From the NCBI GenBank assembly GCA_963700985.1, contig OY969554.1, positions 1,984,001 through 2,048,000 on the forward strand: a stretch of 64,000 bases of DNA, in the 5' to 3' direction. Of this stretch, positions 19,815-29,643 are shown piece after piece (within the stretch, counting starts at the first letter, position 1; each line of letters opens with the position of its first letter). The stretch comes from an uncultured Chlamydiales bacterium. Lineage in GTDB: Bacteria > Chlamydiota > Chlamydiia > Chlamydiales > Rhabdochlamydiaceae. A program made the position numbers and the translations under genes. The notes beneath the pieces are model-generated. The model made no database searches and was not told where the DNA came from. It saw only the letters and a program-made list of their open reading frames with translations.

Positions 19815-21869
19815 ATGCAATTCACTCACACAGACGAGAAGAATTCTCTTCTCGACGATCTTCCTCTTAATGGGAAAGACAAGTGTCTGAAAACCTATAA
19901 TGCCATGCTGCTTACGCGCGCTTTGGATGAAAAGATGTCCAAACTCGTGCGGCAGAATAAAGGCGGCACATTCCATATCTCTGTGCTCGGCCATGAGATG
20001 GTCGGCGTCGTTTGTGCTCTAGCTCTAACCCCAGGTAAAGATTGGGGTCTCCCTTATTATCGCGACCGCGCCTTTGCGGTGGGTCTTGGCTGCTCTCCTC
20101 GAGACCTTCTCGGTGCTTTTCTTGCGCGTGCAGTTCAACACCATTCGGGTGGACGCATGATGCCCGAACACTTTTCGCATCGCGGATTACATATCCCTTG
20201 CCAGTCGAGTTGTGTAGGCTCTCAATTTCTGCAAGCTGTAGGCGTAGCTAAAGGAATTCAATTCGCTAAGCGAGATGAAGTCGTTTATGTTTCAGCGGGC
20301 GATGGTGCAACTTCTCAAGGCGATTTTCATGAAGCTCTCAACTTTTCTTGCCTGCATCGTTTAGGTATTGTTTTTGTCATTCAAGACAACGGCTGGGCGA
20401 TCTCTGTGCCTGTCTCTGAACAGACTGCTGGGGGCTCAATTGTTAAAATTGCCCGAGGGTATAGCGGACTTTCTGTATTTGATGTAGATGGCTGTGATTT
20501 TGAGCAGCTCTCAAGTGCGATGAACTCTGCTGTAGATAAAGCGCGCGCAGGCGAAGGTCCAAGTCTGCTGGTTGCAAAAGTGCCGAGACTCGGTGCGCAT
20601 AGCAGCAGTGACGATCCAACCAAATATAAAGATGCGCAGATTATTGAGTCTGAAAAAGCACTCGATCCGCTAGCTCGTTTCGAGACCTGGCTTAAAGAGA
20701 TGGGTCTGGCCACAGATGAAGATTTAAAACAGCGAAAACACCTGGCTTTCCAGCAAGTCGAATTGGCAGCCCAAGAAGCTGAACAAATTCCTTTCCCGGC
20801 TCTTGAAACTGCCGATACACGTGTTTTCAAAGAAGTTCCCCACTTTGACTACGAAGAAGAAAACGCTTCTCAAGCGGAATCAATCGTGATCGTAGATGCG
20901 CTAAACCACGCGCTTGATGAAGAGATGGCCAAAGATCCGCAAATTGTGGTTTTTGGGCAGGATGTCGCACATGGTAAGGGTGGTGTCTTTGGTGTCACAC
21001 GTCATTTAACTTCAAAGTATGGTGTCGAGCGCTGCTTCAACACACCTTTGGCTGAGTCGACCATCATTGGACTCGCAATCGGGATGTCTTGCGTAAGTGG
21101 CATTAAGCCTGTGGCCGAGATTCAATTTGCTGATTACGTCTGGACCGGGATTAACCAGCTTTTCAATGAACTCGCTAGCATTCACTACCGTTCAAATGGC
21201 GAATGGAATTGCCCAGTTGTGATTCGTATGCCTTGCGGTGGCTACATTCAGGGTGGTCCTTACCACTCTCAAAGCATCGAAGCTTTCTTAGCGCATTGCC
21301 CTGGCCTTAAAGTGGCCATTCCGAGCAATAGCGCAGACGCTAAAAGGCTGTTCAAAGCCGCGATCCGCGATCCGAACCCGGTTATCTTCCTGGAACATAA
21401 GGCGCTCTATAGACAACGCGTTTTCTGTGCTCGCCCAGAAACCGGCGATGAAGATCTCTTGCCATTTGGCAAAGCGCGCGTGGTGCGCAAAGGCGATGAT
21501 CTAACTGTGGTTGCTTGGGGCATGACGGTTGTAATGGGCTTTGAGGCAGCTGAAAAGCTCGCCAAAGAGGGCATTTCAGTCGAGCTGATCGATCTTAGAA
21601 CGATTGTTCCTTTAGATCTCGAGAGCGTCCTCACTTCGCTGCGCAAAACAGGCAAACTCTTAATCGCCCATGAAGCGGCTGGAAACGGCGGCTTTGGCGC
21701 TGAAATTGCTGCAAAAGTGGTCGAGCAGGGTTTTCATCTTCTCGATGCACCGATCGTGCGCGTGACCGGCAAAGATTGCATGGTTCCCTACTGCAAAGAT
21801 CTCGAAAATGCAGTGCTTCCGCAAGTGGATCAGCTCGAAAGCGCTATCCGCAAGCTCGCCAACTTCTAA
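19815..21869 (+). CDS. 2-oxoacid (branched-chain type) dehydrogenase E1, fused alpha/beta subunit
   Basis: TPP motif GDGATSQGDFHE..N, HSSSDD, FNTPLAE, EIQFADY, GGPYHSQ and IDLRTIVPLD. Confidence 0.93.
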   Translation: MQFTHTDEKNSLLDDLPLNGKDKCLKTYNAMLLTRALDEKMSKLVRQNKGGTFHISVLGHEMVGVVCALALTPGKDWGLPYYRDRAFAVGLGCSPRDLLGAFLARAVQHHSGGRMMPEHFSHRGLHIPCQSSCVGSQFLQAVGVAKGIQFAKRDEVVYVSAGDGATSQGDFHEALNFSCLHRLGIVFVIQDNGWAISVPVSEQTAGGSIVKIARGYSGLSVFDVDGCDFEQLSSAMNSAVDKARAGEGPSLLVAKVPRLGAHSSSDDPTKYKDAQIIESEKALDPLARFETWLKEMGLATDEDLKQRKHLAFQQVELAAQEAEQIPFPALETADTRVFKEVPHFDYEEENASQAESIVIVDALNHALDEEMAKDPQIVVFGQDVAHGKGGVFGVTRHLTSKYGVERCFNTPLAESTIIGLAIGMSCVSGIKPVAEIQFADYVWTGINQLFNELASIHYRSNGEWNCPVVIRMPCGGYIQGGPYHSQSIEAFLAHCPGLKVAIPSNSADAKRLFKAAIRDPNPVIFLEHKALYRQRVFCARPETGDEDLLPFGKARVVRKGDDLTVVAWGMTVVMGFEAAEKLAKEGISVELIDLRTIVPLDLESVLTSLRKTGKLLIAHEAAGNGGFGAEIAAKVVEQGFHLLDAPIVRVTGKDCMVPYCKDLENAVLPQVDQLESAIRKLANF

Positions 21870-21904
21870 AAACATCTCTGCGCGCAGCACTAAATTCTAG
21901 AAGA

Positions 21905-21989
21905 TAACAGGATAAGATAGAAAAAATATATCCTGCTTATCCTACCGCCGCTATGCGGCGATCCTGCGCACCCTGTAAATGATCTACTA
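21905..21989 (+). repeat. Family B dispersed element, copy B1
   Basis: AACAGGATAAGATAG ... ATCCTGCTTATCCTAC-CGCCGCtatGCGGCG-ATCCTGCGCACCCTGTAAATGAT; aligns with 63640-63725. Confidence 0.8.
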
Positions 21990-22002
21990 AAAAAAGCTCA
22001 GT

Positions 22003-22072
22003 AATCACCGAGCAAGAAAGAAAGCGAATTTTCCTTCTTTCTTCACTCTGTGTTCTCTGTGGTGAAATTCTT
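22003..22072. repeat. Family A element, truncated copy A4
   Basis: CTCTGTGTTCTCTGTGGTGAAATTCTT matches the A1 right end; internal hairpins absent. Confidence 0.7.
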
Positions 22073-22417
22073 TTAAGAGGGAGTAAGCTTAGCTGGGGTT
22101 TTGAGGCGGCTTTTGCGCAAATGCATGGGCTTTGGGCTTTTGAAGCGATTAGTCATCTCGCGCATGAGGCGTTCGTTCAAGCGAGTGAAGTGTGCGACTT
22201 TTTTTTGTAGATGTTTTGAATGAGAAGCACAACTCTTGAGTAGCTCTTCACGATGCAGCAGGCGGGCACAGAGGCTCTCTTGAGTCTTGTGCAAAGCGGC
22301 AATCTCATTTTTATCTAAGATCTTAAAAGAGAGGCCTTCAGCTGCTTCTGCATTGCAGATCAGCTGATCGAGCGTCGCATCGATCTCAGCCAAAAGCGCT
22401 TCTTTTCTTGTTTTCAT
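22073..22417 (-). CDS. Hypothetical protein, 114 aa
   Basis: ATG with upstream AAGGGA; helical with a basic C-terminus; fills the gap between genes. Confidence 0.7.
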   Translation of the reverse strand: MKTRKEALLAEIDATLDQLICNAEAAEGLSFKILDKNEIAALHKTQESLCARLLHREELLKSCASHSKHLQKKVAHFTRLNERLMREMTNRFKSPKPMHLRKSRLKTPAKLTPS

Positions 22418-22483
22418 ACAATTTCCCTTTTCTATTTATTTAATCAATGCAATATTCTGTGTCAAATTAATATTGAAAAAATA

Positions 22484-23257
22484 ATGATCGGCTTCTGTCC
22501 GCTTGCATCTGGTTCAAAAGGTAATTGTATTTATCTTGGCACGCCGCAGACCAAAATCCTGATCGATGCAGGACTTAGTGCGAAGATAATAGCCAAGCGT
22601 TTAGCCGAGATCGGTGTTGATCTAGCTGAGATCGATGCGATTTTAATTACACATGAGCACACAGATCATATTCTTGGCTTAGCGTCGCTTGGGTGCAAAA
22701 TGCAGATTCCCATTTTTGCCAATCGCGAAACAGCTAGCAGTATCTACTCGATTTTAAAAGAGTGTCCAAAATTTAAAATCTTCTCGACAGGGGAGACGTT
22801 TGAATTTGGAGATCTTGAAATCCATCCCTTTTCTATTAAGCACGATGCCGTTGATCCTGTGGCATTTACTATTCGTTTAGGTGCGCTCAAGCTAGGCTTT
22901 TGCACCGATCTCGGCTTTGTCTCATCGCTCGTTAAACGCGCGCTGATGGAGTGCGACTATCTTTACGTGGAAGCTAATCATCAACCTTCCATGGTCTACG
23001 CCTCGGCTCGTCCAGTGGTATATAAAGAGCGCGTGCTCGGCCGTCAGGGGCACCTTTCCAATGAGGAGTGTGCAGATCTACTCATCGAAATCTACCATCC
23101 AGGCTTGAAACATGTGCACCTGGCCCATCTCTCTTCGGAATGTAATAGCGAAGAGATGGCGCTGCATATCATCGGATCGAAGCTGAAAGAGAAAAACATT
23201 ACTCTCGATCTTTCTATCGCCTACCAAGACAAGAACAGCCGGCTCATTACTTTTTAA
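22484..23257 (+). CDS. MBL-fold metallo-hydrolase (YycJ/WalJ-like)
   Basis: LASGSKGN, LIDAG, THEHTDH, HDA, EANH, GHLSN and LAHLS. Confidence 0.92.
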   Translation: MIGFCPLASGSKGNCIYLGTPQTKILIDAGLSAKIIAKRLAEIGVDLAEIDAILITHEHTDHILGLASLGCKMQIPIFANRETASSIYSILKECPKFKIFSTGETFEFGDLEIHPFSIKHDAVDPVAFTIRLGALKLGFCTDLGFVSSLVKRALMECDYLYVEANHQPSMVYASARPVVYKERVLGRQGHLSNEECADLLIEIYHPGLKHVHLAHLSSECNSEEMALHIIGSKLKEKNITLDLSIAYQDKNSRLITF

Positions 23258-23313
23258 ATGCTAGATAAGCATTTGCTTAGTAGCATATCTCCTTTTCAAA
23301 ACCCGGAGAACAT

Positions 23314-24474
23314 ATGGCTGCTTCCGCACTATCCGCTACCACGACCGCGCTCACAAATCTGGCTGAAGATTGGGATTCTATTAATGTTAACGAAGATACA
23401 GAGGCTACCTCTCTATCAATTTTTGATACCCTTCAGCTGAAAGTGCAGGCCTATCTCTTTACCTTTGTAGATGTTTCTGGTTTGAAAGCTCTGAACTTAG
23501 TGAATAGGACTTTTTATAGAGTTGTTGAGGGACAAACTCTCTTTCCGCTTATTCGCAACCAATTTTTAGATTTTGGAATTTCATTTCAAAGAGGCTCTTC
23601 AAGAAAGGATACACTTCTTAGAGAGGAGCTTCTCCAGAGTTGGGCGGAGGCTTCAACTCTAGTACAAAATCTACAGTTGAATCATAGCTGCTTAATAGAT
23701 GAGGGCTTCGAAGCTTTTTGTGATCAGGCTCCCATTCCATCTCCTACCTTTGCAGGGACTCTGATTTCTGGAAGAGATTTTGTAGATAGGCTCTTTGCAA
23801 TTAAAGTATCTCCTCCGAGAAGGCCTTTAGCCACTGTCTGCCAAAGTTGGAACGATTACATAGGGGGTTTGGGGAAAAGCGGGATTTTTGATGCTGAGGA
23901 ATTAAAAATCGCACTGGGCTATGTGCCTATGATGAAAGCGCTACAAACAGATGCACCAAGTGCGGTTATTAAGTGGGGGATGTTTTTAGATTCATTTCTA
24001 AATCTGCTGAATGGGGACAAAATTCCGCCTGGTAAGATAAAGCCGGCAATATTGCATCTTGCCAATCAACTTAGCCAGAGTAAGTGTGCAAGAACAGCTT
24101 TTGCACATCTGGTTTACCAATTTTTTCGTTTTAGAGATCCCTGCTATTTAAAACGTCAGCTTTTGATCTTGCTTCGCTCGCTTCCAGCGGAAAAAAGATG
24201 TGCTGAAGCCGTGGTTTACGAGGTGAGATCTTTCATCAATAAGATGCTCGGTTTAAATAATAGAGGTGACTTCTTAGTCGAAGATCATCTCCAATTGCGA
24301 CACCTTGCTCTATTTTCTAAAGGGGCTTTTTTCAACCCTGAAACTAAACGATATAACATGCGAGCCGCTGCCCAACTGCTTCAGGATTTCGATTTGTTGA
24401 AGCGGTGGACACCATTTAAAGAAGAGGTGTTAACAAGCCTAGTCATAAAAGATGACTGGGTAGCAGATTCATAG
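23314..24474 (+). CDS. Putative F-box-like domain protein (candidate effector)
   Basis: S/T/A-rich N-terminus, then FDTLQLKVQAYLFTFVDVSGLKALNLVNRTFYRVV fitting the F-box pattern; GGAG RBS. Confidence 0.6.
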   Translation: MAASALSATTTALTNLAEDWDSINVNEDTEATSLSIFDTLQLKVQAYLFTFVDVSGLKALNLVNRTFYRVVEGQTLFPLIRNQFLDFGISFQRGSSRKDTLLREELLQSWAEASTLVQNLQLNHSCLIDEGFEAFCDQAPIPSPTFAGTLISGRDFVDRLFAIKVSPPRRPLATVCQSWNDYIGGLGKSGIFDAEELKIALGYVPMMKALQTDAPSAVIKWGMFLDSFLNLLNGDKIPPGKIKPAILHLANQLSQSKCARTAFAHLVYQFFRFRDPCYLKRQLLILLRSLPAEKRCAEAVVYEVRSFINKMLGLNNRGDFLVEDHLQLRHLALFSKGAFFNPETKRYNMRAAAQLLQDFDLLKRWTPFKEEVLTSLVIKDDWVADS

Positions 24475-24478
24475 CAGG

Positions 24479-25810
24479 TTATAGAGGAAGAGTAAGCCCG
24501 TCGAAGGCAAAGCGCACGCGACAGGACATCTTACAGTCGTCTAGGACATCATGATGACACTGCATCTTACGGTGCAGGTCATCATCGGAGTGTTGAGGAT
24601 CATGGTGTGTGACGATCCACTCTTTTGTACCCGTGAGTTTGATCAGTGCGGTCGCATTTGCAATAGAAGAGTGTCCCCAGCCAACTTTCTCATAATACTC
24701 TTCCGGAAAGTATTGAGCTTCATGGATCAGAAGATCGCAGTCTTTAAAAAACTTGAGCAGGCTTTCGTTGGGGGCCATCAACGGACTATCTTTGTTAATC
24801 TCTTTTGGGCTGCCGTGGTAGCCCATAAGTATTTCATTATCGGTGACATAGCCAATCGTCTTCCCAACAGCTTTTATTTTAAAGCATAGCGTTGGGCCTG
24901 GATGATAGGTGTAGTGAGTATCGACAGTGATACTTCCGATTGAGAAGGGCGTGCCTTCTTCGATGTCTTTAAATGTTAGCCTAGCGCGGATGTCATCCAG
25001 CCTTACAGGAAAGTAGGCGTAGGCGAGCATTTCGGTGAAGAGATCTTTGGTCGTTTTTTCAAAGCCAATCGGTGACCAGATGGTCAAATGGCAGTCGCTG
25101 CGATAAATCGGAGCAAAGAAGGGAAATCCGATGATGTGGTCCCAATGCGTGTGTCCGATGAGCAGGTTGATTGATTTAGCTTTTTTCAAAAATGGGGTGC
25201 TGCCTAATGGTCGGATGCCGGTGCCAGCATCGATGATCAACAGATCATCGCCACAGCGCACTTCCAAACAGGCCGTATTGCCGCCAAAGCGAATGTAATC
25301 GCGTCCTGAAACTGGATTTGAGCCGCGAGTGCCCCAAAACTTAATATAAGACTGTGGTGCATGAACACAGGGAACGTAGTCATCGCGTTTTTGCGTTTGT
25401 GTATCGGTCGACTCGTATCCTGAAAAGGGAGGCGGTGTTAATGTGCCTTCGAAGAAGCGTGCAAACACCTCATAAAGTTGCTCGATTTCAAAGGGTTTTT
25501 CTAAGAAGTAATCGGCACCTGCATTTAAAGAAGCGTGGTAGTTCTGAATCATGGCTTGCGCAGAAGAGATGATCACACCCACAACTTTATTAGTGGCGCC
25601 CCCTTTGAGCTGTTTCAAAATTTCAATTCCATGGATCTGGGGGAGAAGAAGGTCGACTAGAACGAGATCGGGTTGAAAGGTCTCGATTTTTTTCAGGCAC
25701 TCGCTGCCATTGAAAGCGGTATCAAATTCGTATTGTTGGCTACCTGATGCATGGATAATTTGGCGGATAAGCTCTTTAGACGGATCGGCTAAGAGAATAC
25801 GCTTTTTCAT
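24479..25810 (-). CDS. Response-regulator receiver domain fused to MBL-fold hydrolase (possible phosphodiesterase)
   Basis: REC: PDLVLVDLLLPQIHG ... GADYFLEKPF; MBL: FWGTRGS, GGNTAC, IDAGTG, HTHWDH, GWGHSS, HHDP. Confidence 0.88.
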   Translation of the reverse strand: MKKRILLADPSKELIRQIIHASGSQQYEFDTAFNGSECLKKIETFQPDLVLVDLLLPQIHGIEILKQLKGGATNKVVGVIISSAQAMIQNYHASLNAGADYFLEKPFEIEQLYEVFARFFEGTLTPPPFSGYESTDTQTQKRDDYVPCVHAPQSYIKFWGTRGSNPVSGRDYIRFGGNTACLEVRCGDDLLIIDAGTGIRPLGSTPFLKKAKSINLLIGHTHWDHIIGFPFFAPIYRSDCHLTIWSPIGFEKTTKDLFTEMLAYAYFPVRLDDIRARLTFKDIEEGTPFSIGSITVDTHYTYHPGPTLCFKIKAVGKTIGYVTDNEILMGYHGSPKEINKDSPLMAPNESLLKFFKDCDLLIHEAQYFPEEYYEKVGWGHSSIANATALIKLTGTKEWIVTHHDPQHSDDDLHRKMQCHHDVLDDCKMSCRVRFAFDGLTLPL

Positions 25811-25811
25811 C

Positions 25812-26162
25812 TTATGCTTGTCCATCGGGTGGTTCAGGGGAAACATGTAGCTGCTCTTTTTTCTTCCAGAAGAAGAAAAAACAGCTTAGGCCAATCGTTC
25901 CGAAGATGCCAGCTACGAGAAACAGGTTTAAACGCTGACCTTTAGTCAGGATAAAATCAGGGTTAGTGTCGGTGTCGGGAAGGCCCATCGATTCTTCTTT
26001 GATCACGGCGCTTTCATCTGGAGGCACATCTAGATAGGGTTCAGCAATAAGGGCGTAGGCTAAGGTGAAAATAGAGAAAAATAGAAGCAGAAAACCCATG
26101 TAACGAAGACGTGGAAGAAGTTTTTTTTCGTTTTCTAGTTTATCCAAAGAAGTCTTCGTCAT
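25812..26162 (-). CDS. Small two-TM membrane protein
   Basis: Two hydrophobic segments flanking an acidic loop; overlaps the ftsK stop and ends 1 bp before the REC-MBL start. Confidence 0.7.
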   Translation of the reverse strand: MTKTSLDKLENEKKLLPRLRYMGFLLLFFSIFTLAYALIAEPYLDVPPDESAVIKEESMGLPDTDTNPDFILTKGQRLNLFLVAGIFGTIGLSCFFFFWKKKEQLHVSPEPPDGQA

Positions 26163-28458
26163 CTGATTGTCCCCTCTTTTCTTGGTTTAAAGGAGTGCTT
26201 AATAAAATGCGACGAGGTTTACTGCCTTCTTGAGGTCCGATGACGCCTTTGGCTTCAAGTTCGTCCATTAAAGAGGCGGCTCTTGCATAGCCAATTTTGA
26301 GTTTTCTTTGCAAGAAAGTTGTCGAAGCATTTTTAGTCTCAGTAACGATACTCAGCGCTTCGCTGAAGAGGCTATCTTTGGCATCATCCATGTCGTCGCT
26401 CATCTGTTTTTCATAGCCCATCTTATCAAAAGATTCGATGAGGTATTGCGTGGGCGTCTGCTCGCAGATAAACGCAACAATTTTGCCAATTTCTTCATCG
26501 CTTACATAAGCGCCCTGCGCGCGCGTGAGGTGAGATGTGCCAGGTGGCAAGAAGAGCATATCGCCATTTCCAAGCAGGCTGTCGGCACCGGTTTCATCCA
26601 AAATGATTTGCGAGTTGATGCGGCTGGCTACTTTAAAGGCGATACGTGTGGGGAAGTTGGCTTTAATTAATCCAGTAATCACCTCGCGAGACGGACGCTG
26701 AGTGGCTAAAACCAGGTGGATACCCACGGCACGCGCCATCTGGGCGATACGGGCAATAGGTGTTTCAAGATCGGAGCTTGAGGCCATCATAAGGTCAGCA
26801 AACTCATCGATGATCGCTACGATGCAATGCATCTTATCTGGCACAGGTAGCGCCAGCGAGGATTCGAGCTCTTTGTCTACTTTGCGGCTATTAAAAGCCG
26901 TGATATTACGCACGCCCAACTGCTTTAGAATGTCATAACGATTAAGCATCTCTTTAACTAGCCATTGGAGGGCGGCGTAAGCTCCATGTGGTTCGGTGAT
27001 TACGGGCGCCATCAGGTGGGGAAGATTGGCATAAGGCGTAAGCTCGACTTTTTTTGGATCGACTAACAGTAGGCGCACTTCATCAGGCCGGGCATTCATC
27101 AAGATCGAAAGAATCAAGGTGTTGATGCAAACCGATTTCCCTGAACCGGTCGCACCCGCGATGAGGCAATGGGGCATTTTGGCCAGATCGGTCATTACAA
27201 AATCGCCCGTGACGGTTTTACCCAGAAGCACAGGAATCTGAAATTTACGCGGATTTTGCTGGTAGTTGATCAAGATCTCTTTGAAGCTCACTTCTTGCGG
27301 GAAGAGAGAAGGGATCTCCACGCCAATAGCAGCTTTACCTGGGATCGGTGCCAAGATACGGATCGATTTGGCCTGTAAATTCAGTGCAATGTCATTTTCC
27401 AAAGCGGTGATCTTTTGAACTTTTACACCCACGGCAGGATGGACTTCAAAAGAGGTGATAGTAGGGCCGCAGTGAATATCGCCAACTTTGGCTTCAATGC
27501 CAAAGCTCATCAGTGTCTCTTCTAAGATATCGGCTTGGCGGCGCAGATCTTTTTTAATCGAAGGCTGATCGACTTTTTTGGGGTTATTTAGAAGAGAAAG
27601 AGGAGGAAGGCCATAACGTGTAAAATCGCCCTCAGCTCGCTGAGGTTTGGGAAGTCGCGGTTTTTTCGCCACGGCTTTAGCCAGTTTTTCTTCTTCATTA
27701 AACTCTTCAGCCGGCGGCTGTTGTGTTTGAGTGGCTGTCGGAGGATAAAGAGGCTGAGGGAAGCGCTTGGTGAGCGTGCTTTCGATCTCTTGAGGGCTTT
27801 TTTTGTCTAATAGTTCATCTTTTTTAAACGAGAGGATGAGCTGCCCGATTTGATGACGTGCGAAAAGAGAGAAGCGTTTAATTTGATGCCAAACCGAGAG
27901 GATTTTGATCTCTAAAAGCAGCAAGAATGAGACTAGGGCAGTGGTGGAAAAAGTCAGGCCGATGCCGACATCGCTTAAAAGCGTCTGCAGATTGAATGGG
28001 GTGAGATCGCGATAGAGAAAATAGAGGGGAGCTCCGCCCAAATAGGTGCGAGTAAAACGATGTGGATAAGGCCATTTCAGCAAGATCGATTCGCTGAGAA
28101 CTTTGTTGCCGAAAAGGGGGGAAAGCGAATGCTCGGCAATCAAATTTAAGAGCAGTGAAACGGAGAGTAAGAAGATAGAAAAATAGGTGATTTTCATCGG
28201 CAGCTTTTCTAGCTTCTTGGTGCATACAAAACGCCAGCCTATCCAGCCAAAGAAAATTGCCACGGGATAACTCATCAACCCAAACAGATAGATCTGCAGC
28301 CATGCCATGCCATAGCCGATCAGCCCAAGCCAGTTGGTGCCAGGATTTTCTGCGTCGAAACTGAGGAGGGTGAGCAGAAGGACAAACGATCCACCGAGGA
28401 AGATGAGGCCTTTAGCTTCGGCATGTAGGGCGGATTTTTTTTCAGTTGTGCGAGTCAT
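26140..28458 (-). CDS. ftsK: DNA translocase FtsK
   Basis: N-terminal TMs, GATGSGKS Walker A, IIDEFADLM, LATQRPS and the gamma domain LQRKLKIGYARAA; start at ATGA overlap with uppP stop. Confidence 0.96.
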   Translation of the reverse strand: MTRTTEKKSALHAEAKGLIFLGGSFVLLLTLLSFDAENPGTNWLGLIGYGMAWLQIYLFGLMSYPVAIFFGWIGWRFVCTKKLEKLPMKITYFSIFLLSVSLLLNLIAEHSLSPLFGNKVLSESILLKWPYPHRFTRTYLGGAPLYFLYRDLTPFNLQTLLSDVGIGLTFSTTALVSFLLLLEIKILSVWHQIKRFSLFARHQIGQLILSFKKDELLDKKSPQEIESTLTKRFPQPLYPPTATQTQQPPAEEFNEEEKLAKAVAKKPRLPKPQRAEGDFTRYGLPPLSLLNNPKKVDQPSIKKDLRRQADILEETLMSFGIEAKVGDIHCGPTITSFEVHPAVGVKVQKITALENDIALNLQAKSIRILAPIPGKAAIGVEIPSLFPQEVSFKEILINYQQNPRKFQIPVLLGKTVTGDFVMTDLAKMPHCLIAGATGSGKSVCINTLILSILMNARPDEVRLLLVDPKKVELTPYANLPHLMAPVITEPHGAYAALQWLVKEMLNRYDILKQLGVRNITAFNSRKVDKELESSLALPVPDKMHCIVAIIDEFADLMMASSSDLETPIARIAQMARAVGIHLVLATQRPSREVITGLIKANFPTRIAFKVASRINSQIILDETGADSLLGNGDMLFLPPGTSHLTRAQGAYVSDEEIGKIVAFICEQTPTQYLIESFDKMGYEKQMSDDMDDAKDSLFSEALSIVTETKNASTTFLQRKLKIGYARAASLMDELEAKGVIGPQEGSKPRRILLSTPLNQEKRGQSDDEDFFG

Positions 28459-29237
28459 ATTGATAAGCAGAGGGTTGTGATTAGGCCCAAAATTAGGCAG
28501 TACCAAGCAAAGGGGCGCAGATCACCTTTTTCTAAAATGCGCACAGCATAGCGTATCACCAAAAAACCTACGCTGCAAGCTCCGAGAAATCCGATGAGGC
28601 ATGCGCTTAAGGGCAGCGTGAATTCAGTTGAAGGAGCTAGGCAGAGTTTAAGCAGCTCGAGACTATTGCCGCCTAAAATCGTAGGAATCGAAAGCAGAAA
28701 AGAAAAACGCACAGCTTCGCGAGCATTCCAGCCAAGCACTTGTGCGCAAGAAATCGTAGAGGCGCTACGTGAAATTCCTGGGATAAGCGCGGCGGCTTGC
28801 ATCGTGCCGATCCATAGAGAGTCATAGATGTTACGCTTCGTCGAGAGGTTTTCTGGGCGCTTTAATCTGAGGCGTGAGCCGGCAAATAGAATTACGCCTG
28901 TCAGCATCAGAAAAAAGCCAAGAAAAGTAGAATGCGAAGCCCAATCGCGTAGTGGTTTAAGCAAGAAGTAAAAAGGGAAGAGCGGCACTGTAGCCACCAT
29001 GATCATCCAAAGTTTTTTGCGCTCGCTGCGAAATAGGTTAATGATGTCTTGGCGTAAAAAGATCAGCAGTGCAAGAAGCGTGCCGAGGTGGCAGACGAGA
29101 TCGAAGATCACCAGATTTTCTCCCTCTTGGATCCCCAGAAGGAGCTTCGATAGCTTTAAATGAGCGGAGGAGCTGACCGGTAAGAATTCCGTTAGCCCCT
29201 GCAAAATCCCCATGATTAAAGCTTCAAATATGGACAT
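28455..29237 (-). CDS. uppP: Undecaprenyl-diphosphate phosphatase
   Basis: QGLTEFLPVSSSAH and PGISRSAST motifs. Confidence 0.95.
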   Translation of the reverse strand: MSIFEALIMGILQGLTEFLPVSSSAHLKLSKLLLGIQEGENLVIFDLVCHLGTLLALLIFLRQDIINLFRSERKKLWMIMVATVPLFPFYFLLKPLRDWASHSTFLGFFLMLTGVILFAGSRLRLKRPENLSTKRNIYDSLWIGTMQAAALIPGISRSASTISCAQVLGWNAREAVRFSFLLSIPTILGGNSLELLKLCLAPSTEFTLPLSACLIGFLGACSVGFLVIRYAVRILEKGDLRPFAWYCLILGLITTLCLSI

Positions 29238-29358
29238 GTTTATGAATCCTCTAGGCTCTACCTTTGTATTACATTAAATTAAAGAATATATGAATATAAG
29301 AACCTATTCTACTAAATTTTCTCTAGATATTTAGTGGAACATGTTCATGAATGAAATG

Positions 29359-29433
29359 GGCGATCGACGGGGCTCGAACCCGCGACATTTGGATCCACAA
29401 TCCAATGCTCTAACCAACTGAGCTACGACCGCC
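29359..29433 (-). tRNA. tRNA-His (GTG)
   Basis: G-1 plus GCGGTCG/CGATCGC acceptor stem, C73, anticodon loop TTGTGGA, T-loop TTCGAGC. Confidence 0.95.
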
Positions 29434-29643
29434 ACAAGTGAAAGTGATCATTTGTACTCTACAACAGCTGTTTTCGTCAATCTACCAGCCACTGACATGC
29501 CATGAACCTGCTCCAATAAATTCCCACTAGCGATCAAATAGTGTATCATATAGTTTTTAAATTTATTTTTATACTTTCTTTATTTTTTGTTTATGTTATA
29601 GTCTTGCTATTAATTTTTTTATATTTAACTAATTGGAGGGATT

